Assembly (NCBI GenBank): GCA_002189035.1
Contig: NEEC01000007.1
Location: forward strand, 1,736,001-1,800,000
Direction of reading: 5' to 3'
Origin: Utricularia gibba
Taxonomy: Eukaryota > Plantae > Magnoliophyta
Length of the DNA stretch: 64,000 nt
A program made the translations under genes and the position numbers. The notes under the pieces were generated by a model. That model was not told the DNA's origin. It saw only the letters and a program-made list of their open reading frames with translations, and made no database searches. Positions 23,992 to 35,400 of the stretch are shown here, piece after piece; the stretch's first letter is position 1, and every line of letters starts with the position of its first letter.

Positions 23992-25339
23992 TCTTCTTTT
24001 TTCTTGAAGAGGAGAGATTGAGAGAGGAGCAAAAAAGATATTATAGAAAGGAAGGGAAATAGAACTATAAATGGAGGCGGTTGAAATGAAAACCGCCCAT
24101 TGTTTTATATCTAAATAAATAAAAATGAGAAAAGAATAATAAACACCACACCACATGAAATGGAATGGAAGTGGTCGCCCCTAGGGAGAGGCGTGCTTCC
24201 ACTAATTCCCCTAATAATAAATTAAATAAATTATGAAATTTAATTTCAGAACAAAAATATTTGAATATTTTTTAAAATAATAAATCCATTGAAAACTACC
24301 ATAAAACAATATAATATATTTCTCTTTTTTTTTAAAAAAAGGCAAGTGGGGCAATGGGCATATTTGTCTTGATACACTTCCCTTTCTAAAAATCCTCCTC
24401 CCCCTGCATCCATACAATCTACTGCGAGTGACCACACGAATACACGTGGCCCAAATCCCATTCAGTGAACCAGAGACGGACACGTGGCATAGAATCTGAT
24501 TCCACTCTTGCCCAGCTGGAACTCACCACAAGGTATTCATTATTATTATATTTACTAATTTCGAAAAATACTTAACTAATTAATGTTTTTAACTTGTTTC
24601 CTGAGTCCATGTTTCCAAAAGCCCTACATTTTATTTTAATTTGGCGAGTAAAAATTAATAATAAAAAAACATTGAGGTTGGGCTGAGATGGGCCTGAGGA
24701 TCGTCTAAGTTTGCAGGAAATGGGCTCTAGGTTGTAAATAAACAATGGAAAAAAAAATTTGATTTTTAAACGGAATAAAATTTAAATATTTCATTAAAAT
24801 ATGAAAGATAAATTATTTCTCATAATATTTATTGATCATGACGAATATATATCCATATTTTCATATAGAGATGAATCTTGGAATATAACTCATAGAATCT
24901 TATTACAACTTCAGAAATATGGTGGGCCCCCAATGATCACGAATCTAACCCTTTAAGAATCCCAAAATTTGTGATGGACCCGGGTCAATCATGTGGGCTG
25001 ACTGAATATGGGCCACATCCAAGTCAGCTATTGATCCAGCTAAACTATTATTGGCCCAATAACAAATAAAAATCAGTTATCTTGAGAGTGCTGCAGATAA
25101 AAAAAAAAAAAAACGGAACGTGAATGCAGAGAAGAAGGGAGCAGCGGCAGTTGATCTTGAGTCGGAAAAATTGCTGGAAAAGATAGCCTTGGAGAGCTTC
25201 TTCTTCTCTGAGGGTCTGCGCTCGTTTTGGTGGAAGTTTTCCTCTGGTTTTGTAAACCTTGAAAGGGGAATTCATTCTGATATTCATTAGCCTGAGAACT
25301 TGGTTCGAAATCTGTTCTTGATTTCATTTGTACTCTTAA

Positions 25340-25440
25340 ACCGATGATTTAGTGGATGGTTTAAGCCTGGTGTGTAGAGCACCCGTGGTTTTTTTACCGC
25401 AAGGTTTTCCACGCTTAAAATCTTGTGTTCTCTGCATTTC
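25340..25440. mobile_element. Possible Copia-type LTR relic
   Basis: CCCGTGGTTTTTTT..GGTTTTCCACG..AAAATCTTGTGT resembles the U5 segment common in plant Copia LTRs (recall). No PBS, PPT or pol sequence was found nearby. Confidence 0.35.
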
Positions 25441-25744
25441 TCCAAATATTTTCTTGCTGTTAATCGACTTGATCAGGCTTTGGGTTTGTTTAGACTCAGT
25501 GCTGTTACTCAGAATTTGGTTGCTGTAATCCTCACAAATCAATCGATAATACCAGTTTGGGTGCCGGTTCAACAAAATACTACAAATGTGGAGTTGGACC
25601 GCATTGAAATTTTGAAAGCACATCATGAAGTTATTGATGAGAAAGAAGGTGGTACACTTTACACAGACTGCGTTCTGTCTATGAGATCGCATCTAAATCC
25701 TAACACTTGGGAAAGAAACTAGAAAGGGTGTGTCTTCTTCATCT

Positions 25745-27394
25745 TTAGTTCCAGGCTGAGGCTGATACCAGATTCCTGTTCTTCCATCCCAAGAGCATGG
25801 CTCCATCCCTCTCCACCACGGTGTAGTGCTCTGAGTAGCACTTCAGCAAGTCTCCGATCACTGAGTTCACATAGCAGTTCAATGGGAAGGGGCGGAAGCC
25901 GGCCATCATGAATCTGGCTCTCCATTTTCCCAGCAGCTCGTGTCTCTCAACTCTCTCCTTCCCTTCACAGGCAATGATGTTCACAATGTCCCTGGCTAGG
26001 CAGTGCTGCTCCACGTTGATCCTCTCCTTCCGGTCTCGTTCCATCATCACGTCGATCGACTCGAACATCGCGGAGTAGAAATCAAGAGCCTCAATGAACC
26101 TTGGAAGAAATGGAGCTGTGTTGGTGTTGGACTCCTGTTCTACCAAGGTTACTACCTTTGGATTAAGTGATCTTATCATTCGCAGAAGCCCGTCTCTTGG
26201 ATTCGAAACATCCACACTTTCATCAGGTGTGTGGTGCAGCTGAAGAGGGAAGTTCACTGCCAGGGCCTCACCGGGCCGGACTCCAAGCATTTCGGGGCTG
26301 ACATCAGGGGAGAAACCTGGAACTGGATGGAACTCCACTGGTATCTTGAACTTCTCCGACACGGCTGCTAATCGTTTCTCCAGCAACTCCAACCCGGATC
26401 CTCGTGCGTGTTTTGAGACTGGATCATCGATACCTGTTATACGAACACGAGGTGGACCTCCTGGTCGAGCTGCCAGGGCTTGCAACAGAGTCATCCATTG
26501 GGTTCCTTGAGCTATCTGGAAGTCCACAATGTGGATCCTGTCCTCGTTTTTGCATGCTTCTGCAATGGCTCCATTGGCAGCCATGTAGCCGAATTTCAGA
26601 TAAGGGCATATCTCATAGAGGATGTGCATGTAATTGAGCAAGTCCTTGCTTTCAGGCTCATTGCATTTGAGTGCTTTATAAATCTTGGTGCCAGATACCT
26701 CTGTCCTTGCAACCAATCCCTCCAGCATGTATGCACCAAGCCGCTGAATCGGCTCTCCGCTTATCGACACACCCTTCCGAGCATATTCTACGAGTTTGTG
26801 AAACTCAGGCAACCTATTCTCGGAGAGGGCTTTAGCACAAACAACCAAAAGCTGCTTCAGATTGCTGGGACTCGGACAGGGAAGTTCCTGCTCAAAGGTC
26901 TCGTGTGGAACCATCTGATTGCTCCATTGGGAGCCCTGATTCCATGGCCTCGAGCTAGAGCCGGACGTCTGAGACTTTCTTTTCTCATTAAGGAAAGGAT
27001 CTTCAGATGATGCTACTTCCTCACCTTCATTATCAGAACCCATAAGAGCATTTTCCAACTATAGCAAAGCTGTTTCGTATGGAAGTGAAGTAGTAACAGG
27101 AGCAGAATAAACGTAAGGACTGTTATCCTGGCGGCAGAAGGGATTGGAGAGTAGTGATGATGACTGAAGCAAGCTATGATCCAATGAAGTTTTTGATAAA
27201 AAGCTTGTAGCTTCGGAAAGATTATCCTTTGGACTAACAGTTTCTACCTCTAATTGCGTAGAAAATGGGGAATCGGGGGAGTTTCCAGATACAAATTTTG
27301 TGGGTTCAAACACGTGAGAGCTGATGGAATTGGGATATGAGTAAGATAAATCTGCTTGACTACCCGCTCTATATCCGAAATAATGAGCATCCAT
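25745..27394 (-). CDS. GRAS transcription factor, PAT1/SCL21/CIGR1 clade; in-frame TAG at 27059-27061
   Basis: LHR-I SGEPIQRLGAYMLEGL, VHIID-type RIHIVDFQIAQGTQW, PFYRE, ERVERHE and terminal LVSASAWN. The N-terminal ORF MDAHYFGY... is collinear and in the same frame. Confidence 0.92.
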
Positions 27395-28009
27395 CCTTAA
27401 CAAACAATCATCACCACATCCTTTACCAAACAGGCACGGATTTTGGTAACCTGCATACCACAGGAAGAGGCAGATTCCTAAGTAAAGAACAACTACAAAA
27501 AATTGTGCTTACCTATTAAAAAAAAAAAGCGCCCAATTCAGTAAAGTACAGAGAATAAAGCAACAATCTTTCCCAATTCCTAAAACCTGCAACTGGGTAG
27601 GCATCAAGGTTGCAAAAGCTTGAAAATTGGGATCATATCCGATATGGGTCTTTCAATTCCCCAACAAAAATAGGATGAATCACGACAATCACAAAGAAGA
27701 CGAAAACAGAACTCCTGCAATCTATTAAGAAAGTTCTAAATCCAAGAAGATCGAGTAAAGTACTTGATTTTGTTGGGTCAAGAACGAGGAGATGACGAGA
27801 AGAACACAAAAGAGAAGCTACGTCCGTAGGAAGCAATAGGAATTTTATGAGGTCTTGAATTCAAAGATGAGGGACTGGGGCATTATGTCTGTATTTATAC
27901 AGATGAGATATCGCAAGAGGAGGACGGTGCGTGGAAGGTGATCCATTCTACGAGATACTTCACTGAAAAAAGGACATCGGAGGGTGGGGGCCGAGTGACT
28001 TACAGACAA

Positions 28010-28610
28010 AACCGCGGTAAAGGTTGCGGTTTTAAGCTAAGTTGATTGATGCTGTTGTTGACTATTCAAATAGCGGCTTGACCATTCGCTGACCTACACG
28101 CCCCCTCATTGCTGCTGTTATATAATTATTCTTATTACTCAACTCTTTTTTTAATCAACCCTTTTTTAGGAGATGGGTGGAAAAAAATGGAATCTTGGAA
28201 ATTAATTAAACGATAATCACCCAAATTACTATTTAAATTCTATTTATGGCTTTTAAATTTTAGAGCATCAATCCCCAAGGATGTACGTGGCGTTCATCCA
28301 TGTCGCCACCTCATCCTCGTCGCAATTCGAGCCATCAGACGTGTGCAGGTAAACCGCGGTCCGAGGCTGAGGCTCTGAGTAACGCGCGTAGTGTTTAATT
28401 TCAAACGCGTTGTTGGGACAGAAGATTAAATTAGCTGATCACGTAGGACCCACGTGCCCCGGGGCTTCGCGTCCGTATTGAATGGCCCGCTCTATGAAGA
28501 CAACTAAGGAGAGGCCCCGAGGTCCAGCGACTATGCTGGAGCTCTGACTCTGACTAATCTCAGTGCTGACATGGCAACGCGCCTCGACTGCCTACGCAGG
28601 CCCACGCGCC
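28010..28610. promoter_or_regulatory. Cluster of CGCG boxes plus G-box/ABRE upstream of the GRAS gene
   Basis: CCGCGG 28012 and 28354, AACGCGCGT 28381, AACGCGTT 28404, AACGCG 28576, CACGCG about 28603, ACGTGGC about 28285 and CACGTG 28451. TATAAATA on the minus strand near 27895. Confidence 0.55.
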
Positions 28611-29061
28611 GACGGACCATCCAACTCCTCCGTACGGTAAAAAAAAGTATTGGCACCATTATAATATTTGTTTTTTTTACACGTATATTAAAATTCGAGA
28701 CTAATTTCTCATAAGTTATTTATTTTAATGATATTTTTTAAGAAAAATGATTAGCGAATTGGTATAATGTGTTAAACCATTTTTCCTGGCTTTAGTGGGA
28801 TTAAGAAGAGGATAAGAAGAAACGACAAGTTTGGCATATTAAAAACAATAAAGAATAATATAGTGGGTATGTCAATTTCAGGAAATGACGTTTTATTGTA
28901 TAATTAAATTAATAACATATTTAAATAATTTTTATGCAGATAAAGACATATTATATGGTTCAAATTGAAAGTGAATTTCCATGATCATTCTTGAAAATCA
29001 TCCTTCAATTTTTTCACAGAGATTTGTTACTTTGAGATGACATCCACTTGTTATTCCAGTC

Positions 29062-29174
29062 ATTTAGAAAAGTAGCCACCCTCCTTACCTTTTTCATACA
29101 TTAAGACAAAATTTTTACATATAAAGTAATTGTTTTTCTCATACAATAATATGACAGTGGCCACTTTTCTAAAT
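29062..29174. repeat. 18-bp inverted repeat, possible MITE relic
   Basis: ATTTAGAAAAGTAGCCAC (29062-29079) versus GTGGCCACTTTTCTAAAT (29157-29174), one mismatch, AT-rich interior. Confidence 0.5.
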
Positions 29175-30546
29175 CATCCCTTGTTATTGTGTGGAAATCT
29201 TGATCCACTGGCTTATGCAAATCTCAGAGCGGGGGATTGGTCGGTTGGTTGGATGAGTGAGTTGGATTGTCGGTATTTCTTTTAATAATAAAAAAAAATT
29301 AATAATACTTGTCTATCAGGCTTTTCTTTTTAATTGATATTTGGGAGAATAATCAAAGTAGTAGGTAGTCGTTAGGTGTTGGCCATTGGGAAAAAAAAGG
29401 TAGTTGAATAGAAAGGAAGGCACCGGATGCTTCCGGTTTCAATTCATGGAAACGACGTCGTTCCTTTCAGTTCCAGTCTCGATCAACCCTGTGATGTTTT
29501 ATTTGCCCGTGGTGTTGGGAAGACGACGATGACTAAGAGCTGCAAAGTCTCCAATTTTGAAATGCTCTGTCTCAGACGGAGGGGTATACTGTTGGAATTA
29601 ACATGTGAAGGGATCTTTCAAGTTGGCTTGGGTTTGATGGGTTGGGCCATGGGTCAGGGGGAATTGGCCTGGGCTGATTGTATCCAGTCTGCAAGTGTAT
29701 CCTGCAATGGCGGACCCCCAACAGAATAAGATAGATAGTGTTTCGTTTTTCCGTGATTCGGAAGATTTTTCGAGGGAGAATGCTGCCAGAATGGATCTTT
29801 CTTCTGGTTTTTGTGAAGGATTTTTCATTTTCTACGGCTTGAATTTGGAGCTTCTTTTATGATGCGATGCGATGCTGTGTTTCCGATGATGGAGAACCAA
29901 CTTTTTAGCATGCATCGCAGAATCTTGAAATACTCCCATTCTTTTATGTTTCTTTTCCATCAGAGCAATTAGCATTGCCTAATTTCCATGAGAATCTCTT
30001 AGCCTGCCTTTTTGTATGGCTTGAGGCGTATTAGATGCCCCCAATGCTAGAGATAGATAAAGTCATCAGGGTCGGCGATTGGGATGTCTCTGGTTGTGGC
30101 CATTGATGTGAATTTATCTCCAGGTACATTCTTCATTCAGGATCCCTTTAACCATGGTGTGAAACGTGTTCTGTATAGGCATCAGGGAGGATCACAACGC
30201 TTGACCCAACTAGGCCAAATGCATTGCAGGTGTAGCCAATATCTTCATAATGTCTGAGAAATGAGATTACCGAGGCTTGCAGCGATAATGGCAGTTAGTT
30301 AGGTAGCTTCATGAGTAAACACTTGGAAATGGTGGACTGGCCAAATGAGGTATGGTGTAGTGAAAGTTAAAGTTATGCTGTGTGGAGGAGGAGGGCCGCA
30401 TCTAGAAAAATGAAATATTCCCATTGCTTTGATAGACAAGTCTATGCAGTATTCTCTAGGAACATATTCTCGCCTTTTTGGCATTAAAATTCGTGTTCCT
30501 TTGATGCTCTTCTCAAAGGTTGAAGGACTTGTTTTCAGGATATCGA

Positions 30547-31179
30547 ATGAGCAGCAGTTCCAGACAGGTTGAAATTCAATTTGAAGATCCAAATCCTCGC
30601 AAATGGAGTCATCCTCTAAAGGAAGATGTTTTTGCTGCCTTTATGAGCAAAGAGAATCCTACTGCAAAGAAGATCTTTGGCCTGGGATCATTCTTCAGCC
30701 CGCTCTTGTTTGGTAAATTCTTTGATCCATCAGACGCCTTCCCTCTCTGGGAATTTGATTCTGAAGCGCTGCTTCCGAGTCCCCGAACCGTCGACTGGTT
30801 CTCCACTGATACTGATTACGTTCTCAGAGCTGAATTCCATGGTAAAGACATCTAGTTTCTTGAAAATTTTTCTTCCTGTGAATCTACTTTTCATGGCAAA
30901 AACGAAATGGGAACCACTATGGCAGGGATCATCATCAAGAGTGTGCAAGTATTTGTAGAAAATGGGAAGATCTTGGAGGTTATCGGGATATGGAATCCTC
31001 CGAGGGAAAGTGGCAAACTGGCAGAGTGGAAAAACGGGTGTTGGTGGGAGCACGGATACGTCAGAAGGCTTGAGCTGCCGGAGAGAACGGACTGGCGAAA
31101 CGTCGATGCTCGTTGGCAAAACGATTCCCTGCTGGAAATCAAAATCCCAAAATCCTGTGATGCAAGTGGAACCAAGTAG
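30547..31179 (+). CDS. HSP21.7: 21.7 kDa class VI small heat shock protein, 2 exons (30547-30841, 30926-31179)
   Basis: FSPLLFGKFFDPSDAFPLWEFD, TVDWFSTDTDYVLRAE, WKNGCWWEHGYVRRLELPE. Phase-1 GT-AG intron. Confidence 0.9.
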
Positions 31180-31261
31180 ATGCAAAACCAGAGAACAAGA
31201 ACTTTCATATCACCAGCCCTTTTAGAGCTTGAAAAACTAGCACCAGCTTATGTATGTTTCT

Positions 31262-32135
31262 TCATTCACTTAAAAGCTCTTTGTTTCCACCATAAACTGA
31301 TGATGGAGATGGAGGATACACCGCAGGTCTATCCATTTTGCTTATCACCTCCTGCAGGATGGGTGCCGTCGCAAGATACTGCGCTTCTGTTTCTGCGTAG
31401 TTCTCTTCTTTGACAGCATCTTCAAGCTGCAGGCAGCTCAATCATAAGAGCAGTGATAGATATGATGTTTACTAGAGATTGTATTTGTTTTTCCTTCATC
31501 ACCTTCTCGAAGCTGTCGAACAGGCGGTTGGCGAGGTCGATAAGCGGAGGCTTGTCACCGACCGCCGCAGCAGAAATGACCTCATCGAAATCGAAGTACA
31601 TGAAGGTGGACTTGAGGCGCAGAAACCTCCTTGCATAGTTTAAGAGGTCTCGCTGTGCTATCAAATCCGCCATGGCCACTAGATCAAAAGCGTATCTCTT
31701 CAACCTGCGCATTCTCCCCTGAGTCCCTACATCCGCAATGTATAACCCTTTCTTAAGAAACGAACGCGTCCCCGTCTCTACATTGTTGATATCTGCAGTC
31801 AGACAAGCTCGTGTTACGCCATTGCGCGGAAGTTTTCAGAAGTAGCACGCCCTAGAAATGAGGCAGCGGTGCTTACTGTTGAGGGCTTGTGGCACAGGCA
31901 GAGGGCCTGTGATCCAAAATCCATTATCTTCGGCAAGGGTTTTGGGAACGTCGAAAAAGCCCTTATCGACGAGGCCAAGCATCGCCAGTCCCACGGCGGC
32001 GGATCGCCTTGTCGAACGCGCATCATGAACGGCGTCAACATTCACGACTGGAGTTGGATTGGGACGAGCTTGGTCCAGTCTGCAGAATCTGTGAAGTGCT
32101 TCGAATAAGCAGTTCAAGGTGGCGGCGGTTGCCAT
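31262..32135 (-). CDS. PNSL3: PsbQ-like lumenal NDH subunit PnsL3, 3 exons (32135-31877, 31792-31503, 31426-31262)
   Basis: Thylakoid transit peptide with [61 protein letters not shown]. Confidence 0.88.
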
Positions 32136-32416
32136 CCCAAGTTCTGACAAGGAAAACAAGAAGAATGGGGAGAGCTTAGTGCAGCATTACGGGAGTTTCA
32201 GATAAGGGAGGGATAAAGGAGCATGAAGACGCCACGATCAACACCACACATCTCCGGTCTCCGTTTTCGTTTTCCTGGGAAAATAAAATAAAAATATCAT
32301 AAAAAAGTATTTATTTTTAAAGGAAGTCGAAACCCTTCCAAAGTTGGAATTCGGCGGCTATTTTCAAAATGGAGTAGCAGTTTCTCTTAAGGCGGTTTCT
32401 CCGATCTGCTTCTCCT

Positions 32417-35400
32417 ATGGCGGCAGCGATTCCGAAGCCCTCGTCCGGTAGCAGCTTTGCCATCACGCCTCACAAAGTCGCTTTCTGTGTTCTCGTTCAA
32501 GTCTACGCGCCTCCTTCTCAAAACTCCATCCCCTTCCCGTTTTCCTCCTTTTCTCAGCACAATCGTTTCGGGATTTTCCTCCTATCACTCACGAAGGTTT
32601 GTTCGACTAATGTCTTCTTATTTCGTTACATCCTATTATAAATTTGTGTTGTTTGGTTGTCTAGGAGTGTGATGGGATTCTAGAGCCCTCTTTGGATGAG
32701 TTAATAGCTTTGCTATCGGAGGTTAGCGGATCGTTGAATCACTGGTTCTGTGATCATTTGATGCGCAGGCTAACGTCCTTCACGTCACCGGACGACTTGT
32801 TTAATTTTTTTGCTGATTTACGAGGTTTGCATCTGTGTTTCCTGTTAATATTTAAGAGATCGATTCTTCTGGAAATGAACTTTTTGGTCGCGCATTTCTC
32901 ACAAACTGTTCTACTTTTTCTGTTGTTATAAGGCATTCTTGGGGGATCCGATTCCAGTGTTACAGATGATGATCAAATTCTTCTGGATCCGAATAGTAAC
33001 ATTGGCCTTTTTGTGCGACGATGTTTGCTTACTTTCAGTCAGATGCCATTCGAGGTAATAAATTTTTGCTTAATGGATCTGATTCCAATCTAAGATCTCG
33101 TTGCTGGTCCTCTTGTGTATTGATGAAATAGGGTTTCTTCTTGACGATCATCCGTTTTTCTCTCTTTTTACGCTCCTCAGGGAATATGCCACCTTTTGAC
33201 GAATGTTGGGATGTACTGTAAATTGGCCTTCTCATGTTACCCACAGTATGAGTTATCACTTGTGGATGTTTCATCTAATGACCCGAATGCTTCCTTCGTG
33301 TTTGGAAATATGGATATGGAAACTTACGATTATGACAGAGATGGTGATTATTTTGAAGACAATAAATTTGGGAATGAAAAACTTGCTTGCCATACTCATG
33401 CGGGCAAACATTTTTCACCATCAGAAGAAGGTATTACCTTGGAAATTCAAATTCATCTGGTGATATTCTATTGCATTTTATCCTGGATTAGGAAGTCACG
33501 TGTTCAACTGTCAAGTTTGATAATCGTGTGTCAAATATGAGCTCTATATAAGTTCTTATGCTACTCAGCGATTCATGAAGTTTGATATTCTTAGCTCTCT
33601 GGATACAGATTTCCAGATTTCTCTGAGAAATCCAATGGATCTGTCTCATGTAAATCGAGATGCTAGCACCTTTGCATCCACTTCAAGTGGCATATCGAGG
33701 AGTATTAGCTCAAATGATGGAATGTTCTTGCGCACAAATTGCCAGGTTCAAGGTTACCTGTCAATGCAAGCGGATGAAATAGAGAAGTAAGTGCAATATA
33801 ATTCCTAAATCTATTGAGCCAATTTGCTGCATCATGGAGTATGAAATTGATGTATGTTTCTTTGACCTTTTGTTTTTATTCTGATTTTTCAAATTTTATT
33901 ATTACAGATGTGGAAGCTCCTTCCCCCTAAATGTGTTTGAGTTGATACTGAAAAAGCTTCAGCATTTGGCTCCTGATTTGCATAGGGTGTGTTCTTTTTT
34001 CATATATATGTTTCAATCCTTGATTTTTAAGAATGATAGTGAGCTTTGTGTACTCTTTTTGCATTGCAGGTTCATTACTTGCGCTATTTGAATAATCTCT
34101 ATCATGATGACTACTCTGGTGCTTTAGAGAATCTTCATCGCTACTTTGATTATAGGTTAGTGTGCCATTTTCTCATTCCTTTCTGAATGTTTTATTGAAT
34201 TGTGGCAATCATCTTACAAGTTTGATGTTAATTATAAAGTGCAGGGATTGAAGGAGTTGATTGTGTTCCACCTCCATCAGCATGCACTGTCTTTGGAAGA
34301 TATGAGATTGCTTTGTTATGTTTAGGCATGATGCATTTTCATTTAGGGCACCCAAGGCATTCTCTTGAAGTATGTCTTGAATTAACTAAGCTCTAATTCC
34401 TACGATTTTATCTTCTTAAGATCGGACCTTGCTCTCCCTGGCTTGATATTTTCTCCAATATTCAGGTTTTAACAGAAGCTGTGCGAGTTTCTCAGCAGGT
34501 TCGCGCTATATCTATCATCCTTCATGCGTCTGTATCCTTCTGGATTTAAAACGGCTATAATTTCCTGGTTTATGAATTCTGCAGCATAGTGACGACACTT
34601 GCCTTGCTTACACCTTGGTAGCAATGTCTAATCTCCTGTCTGAAATACCGATGGTGAAAACATCTGGAGTCGTTGGACCTACCCATGGACCTGTTGGTGA
34701 TATCGGGGCTTTGTTCTCTGTCCAACAGCAGTTATTTTTGCTTATCTGCAGATCCTTAAAGAGGTCTGAGAGTCTCAAGTTAAAACGTCTTGTGGCATCT
34801 ATTCATCTCGAAATGGCTAAATACTATTTAACAGTAAGAATCCTGTCAAACTTCCACTGCAAGATAAACGAAACATTTCGTGATATTCCATTAGTTCTGC
34901 ATTTGCATTTCCTTTATTTCGTTGGAGCTTGAGATTCTAATAACATGGCCGTCATCTCCAGCATGTTCAAAGGCTGCAATTTTCTTTCGGTCCGAAGGCT
35001 CCATTAAAGCTTAAAACAAATCCTTTCAATGCCTACAAGGTGTGGCTTGCTTGTTTCATTCAAGTTTGGTTCTAACTTATGCATGACTTTTTTATTTTAA
35101 TACGTCATGTCTTCTTGTAGGAGCTGCAATATGCTTCTCGTATAATTATTGAGTTTGGAGATGAAAACTCTGTAATGACAACTGATGGTGCTTTCTGCTC
35201 AGCTTGGCTGAAAAGTTCGAAGAAAACATTTGGCTCAGTTGTTTTAGCCCAGGAAAATGATATCAGGAGTAACTCTAATGCATCACACTTTTCTGCGCAA
35301 TTTATCACAATACCTGGATCAGTTTTGCAGCTGGTAGGGTCTTCGTATTTAGCCCGCGTTGTTTCCTGGGAGATGTATGGCAGGTGCGCTATTTGAAACC

